This document shows positions 28,421 through 36,492 of a stretch of DNA of 64,000 nt, one piece after another (the first letter of the stretch is position 1; each line of letters begins with the position of its first letter). The stretch covers positions 20,646 to 84,645 of the forward strand of contig JAZNXE010000026.1 in assembly GCA_045593725.1 (NCBI GenBank). The letters run 5' to 3'. The notes below the pieces were generated by a model, which did not search any database, had not been told where the DNA came from, and saw nothing but the letters and a program-made list of their open reading frames with translations. This stretch comes from Eubacteriales bacterium (GTDB lineage Bacteria; Bacillota; Clostridia; Oscillospirales; CAG-272). The position numbers and the translations under genes were made by a program.

Positions 28421-29512
28421 TTAAGCCTTGGGATTCTCTTCTGCAAACTTCTTCATGAATGCGACGAGAGCCTCAACACCCTCGTAAGGCATAGCGTTGT
28501 AGATAGAAGCTCTCATTCCGCCAACAGAACGGTGACCCTTAAGGTTCTTAAGTCCTGCCTTTCCTGCCTCGGAAGCAAACTTCTTGTCAAGGTCAGCGTC
28601 GCCTGTTACGAAGGTAACGTTCATCATAGAACGGCTTTCCTTCTTAACGGGAGCCTTGTAGTAATCCTGACTGTCGAGGTAGTCGTAAAGAAGAGCTGCC
28701 TTCTTTACGTTCTTATCCTTCATAACCTCAAGACCGCCCATACCGAGTATCCACTCGTAAACCAGCTTAGCCATATAAATGGTGTAGCAAGGAGGAGTAT
28801 TGTACATAGAACCGTTCTCCGCCATAGTCTTCCACTCAAGCATTGTGGGCATCTTCTCCTCTGCGTAGTCGAGAAGGTCCTCACGAACGATAACGAGAGT
28901 AAGTCCTGCGGGAGCCATATTCTTCTGCGCGCCCGCGTAGATAACACCGAACTTGCTTACGTCAACAGGCTCGGAGATGATGCAGGAGGACATATCCGCA
29001 ACAAGGGGAATATCACCGATTTCGGGAATATAGGGATACTTTGTGCCGTAGATGGTGTTGTTGAAGCAGATGTGGAGATAAGCCGCATCTTCTCTTACCA
29101 TGTCCTTAGTAACAACGGGAACGTGGTCAAAGTTATCTTCCTTGGTGGTAGCTATGCACTTAACGTCGTAGCCCAGCTTCTGAGCCTCCTTGAATGCCTT
29201 GCCAGAGAACTGACCCGATACTACGTAGTCAGCCTTACCCGTTCTCTTGATGAGGTTGAGGGGTACTGCCGCGAACTGTGTGGATGCGCCACCCTGAAGG
29301 AAGAGCACCTTGTAGTTGTCGGGAATGTTCATAAGCTTGCGAAGCATTGCCTCAGCGTCGTTTATGATTGCTTCATAGTCCGGAGATCGGTGTGACATCT
29401 CCATAACCGACATCCCGGAAGTACCGTAGCAAACGAGCTCCGCTGCTGCTTTTTCAAGGACTTCAAGAGGTAGCATAGAAGGGCCCGCCGAAAAGTTGTA
29501 AACTCTGTTCAT
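28421..29512 (-). CDS. serC: Phosphoserine aminotransferase
   Basis: It starts MNRVYNFSAGPSMLP... and is a 363-aa class-V aminotransferase. Confidence 0.93.
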   Translation of the reverse strand: MNRVYNFSAGPSMLPLEVLEKAAAELVCYGTSGMSVMEMSHRSPDYEAIINDAEAMLRKLMNIPDNYKVLFLQGGASTQFAAVPLNLIKRTGKADYVVSGQFSGKAFKEAQKLGYDVKCIATTKEDNFDHVPVVTKDMVREDAAYLHICFNNTIYGTKYPYIPEIGDIPLVADMSSCIISEPVDVSKFGVIYAGAQKNMAPAGLTLVIVREDLLDYAEEKMPTMLEWKTMAENGSMYNTPPCYTIYMAKLVYEWILGMGGLEVMKDKNVKKAALLYDYLDSQDYYKAPVKKESRSMMNVTFVTGDADLDKKFASEAGKAGLKNLKGHRSVGGMRASIYNAMPYEGVEALVAFMKKFAEENPKA

Positions 29513-29701
29513 AATAAATGAACCTCCGTAAAATGAAATGTTTGTATCTTAAATAATATAAAAATACATCTACTATTATACTTTATTTTTAAAAATTGTC
29601 AATAGCTTTTTACTAATTTTTCGGAAAATTCGTCATTTTTTTGTCAAAGCAAAAAGACCGCGGATATACAGCTATACCACACGGTCCTTTATGCACATTT
29701 A

Positions 29702-29790
29702 TTAGTCCTTTTCCTTAACGAGTATTATATCCGCATCATACGGCAGACTCTCTATCCAATCGCAGAGTGTATGCCGTTCACCGCAAAATA
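29702..29790 (-). pseudogene. Orphan 3'-terminal fragment of a thyX-like gene (about 26 codons plus a stop), with its own terminator at about 29650-29690
   Basis: The minus-strand translation is ERHTLCDWIESLPYDADIILVKEKD*. The intact gene ends AEWHTLCDWIESLPYAKDIILVKN*. Homology is lost about 15 bp beyond the 39-bp identical core. Confidence 0.8.
29737..29775. repeat. 39-bp perfect direct repeat, copy A (CATACGGCAGACTCTCTATCCAATCGCAGAGTGTATGCC)
   Basis: It is identical to 30442-30480, 705 bp away. Confidence 0.95.
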
Positions 29791-29798
29791 CAAAAGAC

Positions 29799-30377
29799 TT
29801 ACTTCATATATGATGGCAAATACTCTGACAAAATATACTTTCGCTCATTTGCATAATCTTTTTTATTAGTTACTCCAACTTCAAAACGAGTTTTAGCAAC
29901 CTTTAACTTTTCTTCAATTTTCTTATGCTCAAGAATCGGTATTTCCTTGGACACTTTCAACAGATTAATCTCATCTTTTTCTATAAGGTTGGAAAGCCAA
30001 AGATAATCGCCAAATATAATATTATCTTTACTAACCTTCACCGTCTCCGTAAAATTATATACATCCTCAACGCTTTTCCTATATGAGCTGTTCTGACCGA
30101 TATCGTCTGTGGTATGTTTAGCGTATAAGTCCACATCTCTAGTGTCGCTTGATGGAGGTGAATCCCCTCTAAGTTCTTCATCCTTAATACACAGCATAAA
30201 GATCCCTGCCAATGGGCTACACAAAAATATAGTCAATATTCCCATCGTCTGCAATTCTTCTTTTTTTGTTGCAGTACTGAGTTTGTTAAGTGCAAGTGCC
30301 CCAACAACTATGGGGAAAATCAAAAAGAACTGTATTACCATTCCTATCCATATGAATACTTTCGCTGCTGTCTTCAT
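29799..30377 (-). CDS. Hypothetical membrane protein (192 aa): two N-terminal TM helices plus a SHOCT-like C-terminal helix
   Basis: The two TM helices are VFIWIGMVIQFFLIFPIVVGALAL and GILTIFLCSPLAGIFMLCI. The C-terminus reads EEKLKVAKTRFEVGVTNKKDYANERKYIL. The ORF is AT-rich and lies between the two repeat copies. Confidence 0.6.
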   Translation of the reverse strand: MKTAAKVFIWIGMVIQFFLIFPIVVGALALNKLSTATKKEELQTMGILTIFLCSPLAGIFMLCIKDEELRGDSPPSSDTRDVDLYAKHTTDDIGQNSSYRKSVEDVYNFTETVKVSKDNIIFGDYLWLSNLIEKDEINLLKVSKEIPILEHKKIEEKLKVAKTRFEVGVTNKKDYANERKYILSEYLPSYMK

Positions 30378-30412
30378 TTTTTGTCCTCTTTTCTATCTTT
30401 AGTATTTATATT

Positions 30413-31036
30413 TTAGTTCTTCACCAATATTATATCCTTTGCATACGGCAGACTCTCTATCCAATCGCAGAGTGTATGCCACTCCGCAAGCTTGTGAGTC
30501 CTTCTCGCGTAGTAAATATTGATTAGATTTTCGTAGTTAAGCGTTACCGTTCTCATCTGGTTATAGCTTGAGGGCAGAAGCTGTATCATATTATGCCAAG
30601 CCTGCTTATCCGTCTTATCCTCGCAGAATTTAACTCTCTCCCCTTCAAGATACGCCACAAGGGCGTCAAGCGCCGCCAGACCGCCCTCGTCAAGTCGGTC
30701 ACAGGAAAAATCCTCCCTCTCAAACGCCTTTGCGTGTATCTTGTGCATAGTACTGCAGGAGTTGGCCACCGTCCCCACCTTGTAGGTGTCAAATTCCTTC
30801 CACCAATAGAGGGGAGCTGTTATATCCACCGATACAAATATCTGTCGGAGAAATTTTCTGTGGTCACTGCCCGCGTGAGCAAGCTTCCTCGCAAGTCCGA
30901 GGTCGTTCTCTCCAAGGATATAATTTCCCTTTTCGTCGTACTCGCTATCCATTCTGCTCCAGCTATTGAGGGGATTTCTCGCTCCTCTGATAGCATTTTC
31001 AAGGTTCATTACCGAACTTCTCTCTATTTTTATCAT
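30413..31036 (-). CDS. ThyX-fold (Thy1 family) protein, divergent and without the canonical RHRxxS...SxRY motif
   Basis: By eye it aligns to Thermotoga ThyX as I remember it. GSDHRKFLRQIFVSVDITAPLYWWKEF aligns with [26 protein letters not shown], and RTVTLNYENLINIYYARRTHKLAEW aligns with [25 protein letters not shown]. The motif positions read TYK...NSCSTMH here. Confidence 0.6.
   Translation of the reverse strand: MIKIERSSVMNLENAIRGARNPLNSWSRMDSEYDEKGNYILGENDLGLARKLAHAGSDHRKFLRQIFVSVDITAPLYWWKEFDTYKVGTVANSCSTMHKIHAKAFEREDFSCDRLDEGGLAALDALVAYLEGERVKFCEDKTDKQAWHNMIQLLPSSYNQMRTVTLNYENLINIYYARRTHKLAEWHTLCDWIESLPYAKDIILVKN
30442..30480. repeat. 39-bp perfect direct repeat, copy B (inside the 3' end of the intact thyX-like gene)
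   Basis: It is identical to 29737-29775. Confidence 0.95.
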
Positions 31037-31078
31037 ATTTTCGCTCCGTATGTTGATTTTGTCCCTAATATCAATAAT

Positions 31079-31136
31079 AATATATCACATTTTAACGCAA
31101 AAGTCAATTGACTTTTAGAATAATCTGTGATATTAT
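31079..31136. promoter_or_regulatory. Symmetric back-to-back divergent promoters sharing an 18-bp perfect palindrome (AAAAGTCAATTGACTTTT, 31099-31116)
   Basis: Plus strand: TTGACT(31108-31113)-17-gTGaTATTAT(31131-31136). Minus strand: TTGACT(31102-31107)-17-gTGaTATATT(31079-31084). Confidence 0.6.
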
Positions 31137-31170
31137 TATAAGGAGATAGAATATCCAAGGAGTGTCCAAT

Positions 31171-32364
31171 ATGGAATACAAGTTTTCAAGAAAAACTGCC
31201 GACCTTAAGCCTTCGGCTATAAGAGAAATATTTAAAAGCCTTACCGACCCTACCATAATATCCTTTGCGGCGGGAAATCCCTCACCCGAGTCCTTCCCCG
31301 TCAGCGAGCTGGCAAGGCTTTCTGCAGACATATTCGAGAACCAATCAACCGCGGCTCTGCAATACGGTATTACCGAGGGATACGCTCCCCTGCGTGACGC
31401 CATAGCGGCACGTCAGAAAAAGCGCTTTGGCGAAAATATGGTCCGCGAGGATGACAGCGTTATCGTGGTATCGGGCGGTCAGCAGGGTATCGAGCTTGCT
31501 TGTAAGGTGTTCTGCAATGAGGGCGATGCCATTATCTGTGAAAATCCCAGCTTCATAGGCTCTCTCAACTCCTTCCGCTCTAACGGCGCTACTCCAGTGG
31601 GAGTTGATATGGAGGAGGACGGAATTTCCCTTTCGGGACTTGAAGAAGCTCTTAAGAATACGCCGAGCGCAAGGCTTATGTATCTCATACCCACCTTCCA
31701 TAATCCCACGGGTATTACCACAAGCCTTAGGAAGCGACTTGCCATACTTGAGCTGGCTAAAAAGTACGATATGATTATAATAGAGGATAACCCTTACGGC
31801 GAGCTGCGCTTTGCGGGTGAGGATATCCCAACTCTTAAGAGCCTTGATACCGACGGACGCGTAATTTATTGCTCCTCATTCTCAAAGATACTCTCCGCGG
31901 GTATGAGAGTCGGATTTATCGTCGCCCCCTCGGCTATCTGCTCAAAGATGGCTGTGGCAAAGCAGGGCGAGGACGTTCACACCAACGGATTTTTCCAGAT
32001 GCTCTGCTACAAATATATGACCGAATGCGACATAGACGCCCACATCGCGGGTATAAACGACCTCTACCGCAGAAAATGCAGCCTTATGCTTGAGTGTCTT
32101 GACAAGTATGTTCCCGCGGATAAGGTGACCTTTACCCGTCCCGAGGGCGGACTGTTTATCTGGGGTACTGTAAAGAATTGCGACGATGCGTCGGATATCG
32201 TAAAGAAAGCAATCGAAAAGAAGGTAGCCGTTGTTCCGGGCACGGCATTCAACTGCGATACCGAGGCGAAGTCACCCTCCTTCCGTCTTAACTATTCCAC
32301 ACCCTCGGACGAGCAAATAATAGAGGGCGTTAAGCGCCTTGGCGAAGTTTTCGCATCACTTTGA
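31171..32364 (+). CDS. PLP-dependent aminotransferase, class I/II (COG1167-like catalytic domain only)
   Basis: It starts MEYKFSRKTADLKPSAIREI and has the PLP-lysine motif SFSKILSAGMRVGF. The ATG at 31171 lies 8 nt after AAGGAG. Confidence 0.8.
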   Translation: MEYKFSRKTADLKPSAIREIFKSLTDPTIISFAAGNPSPESFPVSELARLSADIFENQSTAALQYGITEGYAPLRDAIAARQKKRFGENMVREDDSVIVVSGGQQGIELACKVFCNEGDAIICENPSFIGSLNSFRSNGATPVGVDMEEDGISLSGLEEALKNTPSARLMYLIPTFHNPTGITTSLRKRLAILELAKKYDMIIIEDNPYGELRFAGEDIPTLKSLDTDGRVIYCSSFSKILSAGMRVGFIVAPSAICSKMAVAKQGEDVHTNGFFQMLCYKYMTECDIDAHIAGINDLYRRKCSLMLECLDKYVPADKVTFTRPEGGLFIWGTVKNCDDASDIVKKAIEKKVAVVPGTAFNCDTEAKSPSFRLNYSTPSDEQIIEGVKRLGEVFASL

Positions 32365-32388
32365 TTTCTCACGGAGGCTTTATTCAAT

Positions 32389-33387
32389 ATGTTTCAAAAT
32401 CAGAAAATCTCATACTCGGGTGTTCAACCCAGCGGAAACCTAACCATAGGAAATTATCTGGGTGCTATCCGAAACTTCGCTACATACTCGAAGGACTACA
32501 AGTGCTTCTACTGCGTGGTTGACCAGCACGCTATAACCGTGCGTCAGGTTCCAGCCGAGCTGCGCCGCAGAACCTACGAAACCCTCGCTCTCTATATGGC
32601 GTGCGGTCTTGACCCCGAGAAGAACACTCTTTACGTTCAATCCCACGTTCACGAGCACGCTCAGCTCGCTTGGCTTCTCAACTGCTTCACTATGTTCGGC
32701 GAGCTTTCACGAATGACTCAGTTCAAGGACAAAAGCTCCAAGCATTCCGACAACATAAACGCGGGTCTTTTCACCTATCCCGTTCTTATGGCGGCGGATA
32801 TACTTCTCTACCAGACCGACGTTGTTCCCGTGGGAATAGACCAGAAGCAGCACGTTGAGCTTTGCCGCGACATTGCGGAAAGATTCAATCAGATATACCC
32901 CGACACCTTCACCGTGCCCGAGCCTATAATATCAAAATCGGGAATGAAGATAATGTCACTTTCCGAGCCGCAAAAGAAGATGTCCAAATCCGACGAGAAC
33001 CCCAACGCGGTGGTCTATATTCTTGACGACAAGGATACTATCATCCGCAAGTTCAAGAGAGCGGTTACAGACTCGGACACCTGCGTCCGCTTTGCCGAGG
33101 GCAAGGACGGAATAAACAATCTTATGACCATCTACTCCTGCTACACGGGCAAGACCTTTGAGGAAATAGAGCGTGAATTTGAGGGTAAGGGCTACGGAGA
33201 TTTCAAGCTTGCCGTTGGCGAGGCGTGTGCGGACGCTCTTGCTCCCGTTCAGCAGAAGTTCAAGGAGCTTATGGCTGACAAGGCATTCCTTGAGGCTCAA
33301 ATGAAAAAGGGCGCGGAGGAAGCCTCCTACTACGCTCGCAGAACCTTGAGCAAGGTTGAGAAAAAGCTCGGTTTTGTGAAATTATAA
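32389..33387 (+). CDS. trpS: Tryptophan--tRNA ligase
   Basis: It contains SGVQPSGNLTIGNYLGA and an exact KMSKS motif (KKMSKSD). It lies 24 nt downstream of the aminotransferase. Confidence 0.93.
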   Translation: MFQNQKISYSGVQPSGNLTIGNYLGAIRNFATYSKDYKCFYCVVDQHAITVRQVPAELRRRTYETLALYMACGLDPEKNTLYVQSHVHEHAQLAWLLNCFTMFGELSRMTQFKDKSSKHSDNINAGLFTYPVLMAADILLYQTDVVPVGIDQKQHVELCRDIAERFNQIYPDTFTVPEPIISKSGMKIMSLSEPQKKMSKSDENPNAVVYILDDKDTIIRKFKRAVTDSDTCVRFAEGKDGINNLMTIYSCYTGKTFEEIEREFEGKGYGDFKLAVGEACADALAPVQQKFKELMADKAFLEAQMKKGAEEASYYARRTLSKVEKKLGFVKL

Positions 33388-33434
33388 TTTAAAAATCGAA
33401 AAGTATAAATATATTATGAAAGGTTGAATTTTTC

Positions 33435-34262
33435 ATGGAACAGACAAAGCTTAACTTTTTGAAAAGCACGGCGGCTAAAATACGCCTTGGCGCTCTCAAG
33501 GGAGTACACGCCGCGGCATCGGGACATCCCGGCGGCTCACTTTCCATCGCCGACATAATGGCATACCTTTATTTTGAGGAAATGAGTGTTGACCCCAAGA
33601 ACCCCAAGTGGGAGGACAGGGACAGATTCGTCCTCTCTAAGGGACACACCGCTCCCGCACTCTACGCTACCCTTGCGCTCAAGGGCTTCTTCGACGAGTC
33701 CGAGCTTTCAAAGCTCCGTCAGGTAGATTCCTTCCTTCAGGGACACCCCGATATGAAGGGCACTCCGGGCGTGGATATGTCCACGGGGTCTTTGGGACTT
33801 GGCATCTCTACCGCCTGCGGAATGGCACTGGCCGCAAAGCTTGACGGCAAGAACCACAGAGTTTACACTATCGTAGGCGACGGAGAAAGCGAGGAGGGTC
33901 AGGTATGGGAGGCTGCAATGTTTGCCGCTCATTACAAGCTTGACAATCTGTGCGTTATTATCGACTGGAACGGACTTCAGATAGACGGTGCCGTAGCCGA
34001 GGTAATGAACCCCACCCCCCACGACAAAAAGCTTGAAGCCTTCGGGTTCCATGTTATCAGCATAGACGGTCACGATTTCGAGCAAATCGAGGCGGCGTTC
34101 AACGAGGCTAAGACCGTAAAGGGTAAGCCCACCGCAATCATTGCTACCACCGTTAAGGGTAAGGGCGTATCCTTCATGGAAAATCAGGTTGGTTGGCACG
34201 GAAGCGCGCCTAATGACGAGCAGTATGAAAAAGCAGTTGCCGAAATAAAGGCAGCTATGTAA
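33435..34262 (+). CDS. Transketolase, N-terminal (TPP-binding) subunit
   Basis: It contains GHPGGSLS and GDGESEEGQVWEA and is 275 aa long, the split form. Confidence 0.92.
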   Translation: MEQTKLNFLKSTAAKIRLGALKGVHAAASGHPGGSLSIADIMAYLYFEEMSVDPKNPKWEDRDRFVLSKGHTAPALYATLALKGFFDESELSKLRQVDSFLQGHPDMKGTPGVDMSTGSLGLGISTACGMALAAKLDGKNHRVYTIVGDGESEEGQVWEAAMFAAHYKLDNLCVIIDWNGLQIDGAVAEVMNPTPHDKKLEAFGFHVISIDGHDFEQIEAAFNEAKTVKGKPTAIIATTVKGKGVSFMENQVGWHGSAPNDEQYEKAVAEIKAAM

Positions 34263-34274
34263 GGAGGCAGAAAA

Positions 34275-35219
34275 ATGGCAGATAAAATAGCAACAAGAGA
34301 AGCCTACGGCAATTCCCTTGCCGAGTTTGGCTCCGATTACGATTTTGTGGTGCTTGACGCAGACCTTGCGGCAGCTACCAAGACAGGCGTTTTTAAGAAG
34401 AAGTTTCCCGAAAGATTTTTCGATTGCGGTATAGCGGAGGGCAATATGATGAGCGTTGCCGCAGGTATCGCCGCTTCGGGTAAAACAGTTTTCGCTTCCT
34501 CCTTTGCAATGTTCGCGGCGGGAAGAGCCTTTGAGCAGATTCGCAACTCCATAGGCTACCCTCACCTCAACGTAAAGATAGGCGCGACCCACGCGGGTAT
34601 TTCCGTCGGCGAGGACGGAGCTACCCACCAGTGCCTTGAGGATATAGCTCTTATGCGCTCTATCCCCGGTATGGTAATAATAAACCCCGCAGACGCAGTA
34701 GAGGCAAGAGCCGCTGTAAAGGCAGCGCTGGAATATAACGGACCTATGTATCTGCGCTTCGGCAGACTTGCCGTTCCCGTTTTCAACGACCCCGAAACCT
34801 ACAAGTTTCAGCTTGGCAAGGGAATATGCCTGAAGGACGGAAGCGACGTTACCATAGTAGCCACAGGTCTTATGGTTGGTATGGCTGTTGATGCCGCAAA
34901 AATGCTTGAGGAAAAGGGCATCAGCGCCAGAGTTATAAATATCCACACCATCAAGCCTCTTGACAAGGATATCATCCTTAAGGCTGCCGCAGAAACAGGC
35001 GCTATCGTTACCGCAGAGGAGCACAATATCATAGGCGGTCTGGGAAGCGCGGTGGCAGAAGCGGTTTGTGAGGGAAATCCCGTGCCCGTTGTTCGTGTCG
35101 GCGTAAACGACAGCTTCGGTCACTCGGGCAAGGTTCCTCCCCTTCTCCAAATGTACGGTCTGACTGCGGAAAATATAGTAGAAAAAGCCGAGCTGGCTAT
35201 TTCCATGAAAAAGAAATAA
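34275..35219 (+). CDS. Transketolase, C-terminal (pyrimidine-binding) subunit
   Basis: It contains FDCGIAEGNMMSVAAG and is 314 aa long. The RBS is AAGGAGG. Confidence 0.92.
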   Translation: MADKIATREAYGNSLAEFGSDYDFVVLDADLAAATKTGVFKKKFPERFFDCGIAEGNMMSVAAGIAASGKTVFASSFAMFAAGRAFEQIRNSIGYPHLNVKIGATHAGISVGEDGATHQCLEDIALMRSIPGMVIINPADAVEARAAVKAALEYNGPMYLRFGRLAVPVFNDPETYKFQLGKGICLKDGSDVTIVATGLMVGMAVDAAKMLEEKGISARVINIHTIKPLDKDIILKAAAETGAIVTAEEHNIIGGLGSAVAEAVCEGNPVPVVRVGVNDSFGHSGKVPPLLQMYGLTAENIVEKAELAISMKKK

Positions 35220-35270
35220 AAACAAGAAGTCCGTTTGCAATGCAAACGTACTTCTTTCTTTACTCATTAA

Positions 35271-35321
35271 CGGGCTTCCGAATCCACGTTCAATATCCCC
35301 CACCAACAAAAAGAGGATTGC
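35271..35321 (+). repeat. 51-bp repeat copy 1: an inverted partial copy of the tRNA-Tyr T-loop/acceptor 3' end plus its terminator arm
   Basis: The sequence is CGGGCTTCCGAATCCACGTTCAATATCCCCCACCAACAAAAAGAGGATTGC. It matches 35428-35478 at 50 of 51 positions. Confidence 0.9.
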
Positions 35322-35427
35322 TTTGCAATCCTTTGTTCCCGCATTTTTCCTCAGTGCGAACCCACATAAAGTCCACGCCCTAAAAACGACACACTGTGTC
35401 GTTTTTGCGCCGCATACGCGATGCGCA

Positions 35428-35478
35428 CGGGCTTTCGAATCCACGTTCAATATCCCCCACCAACAAAAAGAGGATTGC
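35428..35478 (+). repeat. 51-bp repeat copy 2, abutting the real tRNA-Tyr gene tail to tail
   Basis: The same sequence with one C/T difference. Its right part forms the left arm of the 25-bp hairpin at 35454-35506. Confidence 0.9.
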
Positions 35479-35506
35479 AAAGCAATCCTCTTTTTGTTGG
35501 TGGGGG
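35454..35506. repeat. Perfect 25-bp-stem palindrome (CCCCCACCAACAAAAAGAGGATTGC-aaa-GCAATCCTCTTTTTGTTGGTGGGGG)
   Basis: I read it directly from the sequence. The right arm includes the last 9 nt of tRNA-Tyr (..CCCCCACCA on the minus strand). The inner part acts as the tRNA operon terminator. Confidence 0.9.
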
Positions 35507-35582
35507 ATGGTGGATTCGGACCACCGAAGTCAGTGACAACAGATTTACAGTCTGCCCCCTTTGGCCGCTCGGGAAATCCCCC
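35498..35582 (-). tRNA. tRNA-Tyr (anticodon GTA), CCA encoded
   Basis: The minus strand reads GGGGGATTTCCCGAGCGGCCAAAGGGGGCAGACTGTAAATCTGTTGTCACTGACTTCGGTGGTCCGAATCCACCATCCCCCACCA. It has a 7-bp acceptor stem, a long variable arm and the anticodon loop CU-GUA-AA. Confidence 0.92.
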
Positions 35583-35613
35583 ATATTTCAGGCTCCGTTG
35601 TGTGGAGCCTTTT

Positions 35614-35688
35614 TGGAGCTGGTGATCGGAGTCGAACCAACAACCTGCTGATTACAAATCAGCTGCTCTGCCATTGAGCCACACCAGC
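35614..35688 (-). tRNA. tRNA-Thr (anticodon TGT), CCA encoded
   Basis: The minus strand reads GCTGGTGTGGCTCAATGGCAGAGCAGCTGATTTGTAATCAGCAGGTTGTTGGTTCGACTCCGATCACCAGCTCCA. It folds as a cloverleaf with the anticodon loop UU-UGU-AA. Confidence 0.92.
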
Positions 35689-35699
35689 GGAACGAGAGT

Positions 35700-35728
35700 A
35701 TTATATCATAAAAGAAATGTAATGTCAA
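35700..35728 (-). promoter_or_regulatory. Consensus promoter of the tRNA-Thr/tRNA-Tyr unit (TTGACA-17-TATAAT)
   Basis: On the minus strand it reads TTGACAttacatttcttttatgaTATAAT, ending 11 nt before the tRNA-Thr 5' end. Confidence 0.7.
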
Positions 35729-35838
35729 GCGTTTTCTGAAAGTTTTTTTAATAATTTTTGTTATACCCAAAATGCCCTGAAATTTACATTAAACAAAAAA
35801 GCGTAGCTGTTACAGCTACGCTTTTTACTTTATCTTTA

Positions 35839-36480
35839 TCATTTATCGGTATCAATATACTTCCAGTAAGCCGCGATATAATTTACACCCGACCAGACGG
35901 TCATAACCAGTGAAAGGACTATGGATATCCAGCTCAGCGGTATTATATCGGTTCTCCACGCAACTGCCTCCCCGCTTATTGCGCCGACGATAAGACGCGC
36001 TATATACTGCACTACGGGTTCAAGAAATACCGTAGATATAGCAACAATCTGTGTAACAGTCTTTATTTTACCCAGCATATTTGCCGCCACAACGATATTC
36101 TTGCCCGAGGATACCACAAGCCGCATAGAGGTCACCGCAAGCTCGCGGAACACAACTATTATCAAGGTTGCTATCATCAAAAGCTGGAGCTGCGGGAACT
36201 TATGAAGTATAACGAACAGCGCGCCAATTACCATAAATTTATCGGCTACTGGGTCCATAAACTTCCCAAAATCGGTCACAAGTCCATCTCTGCGGGCTAT
36301 TTTTCCGTCAAGCATATCTGTAACCGATGCAATAATAAACACAGCGGCGCACAGAGCGCTTGATATGTAGAATTCAAGTGCGTCAGCGCTTTTAGGTGTC
36401 AGAAACCCTATCAATAAAATAACGGGTACAAGGCACATTCTTACCACTGTCAGTCTGTTTGGCAAATTCATCTTACTCAT
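35839..36480 (-). CDS. pgsA: CDP-diacylglycerol--glycerol-3-phosphate 3-phosphatidyltransferase
   Basis: It carries the CDP-alcohol phosphatidyltransferase motif DMLDGKIARRDGLVTDFGKFMDPVADK and is polytopic. Confidence 0.88.
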   Translation of the reverse strand: MSKMNLPNRLTVVRMCLVPVILLIGFLTPKSADALEFYISSALCAAVFIIASVTDMLDGKIARRDGLVTDFGKFMDPVADKFMVIGALFVILHKFPQLQLLMIATLIIVVFRELAVTSMRLVVSSGKNIVVAANMLGKIKTVTQIVAISTVFLEPVVQYIARLIVGAISGEAVAWRTDIIPLSWISIVLSLVMTVWSGVNYIAAYWKYIDTDK

Positions 36481-36492
36481 ATATTCTCTCCT

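Noticed and set aside
31104-31403. A 99-aa minus-strand ORF overlapping the start of the aminotransferase gene.
   Set aside because: It is antisense to a well-supported CDS and spans the divergent promoter. It has no RBS.
35323-35770. ORFs of 100, 76 and 60 aa across the tRNA region.
   Set aside because: They overlap tRNA-Tyr, tRNA-Thr, the tRNA-derived repeats and the terminator hairpins. They have no RBS.
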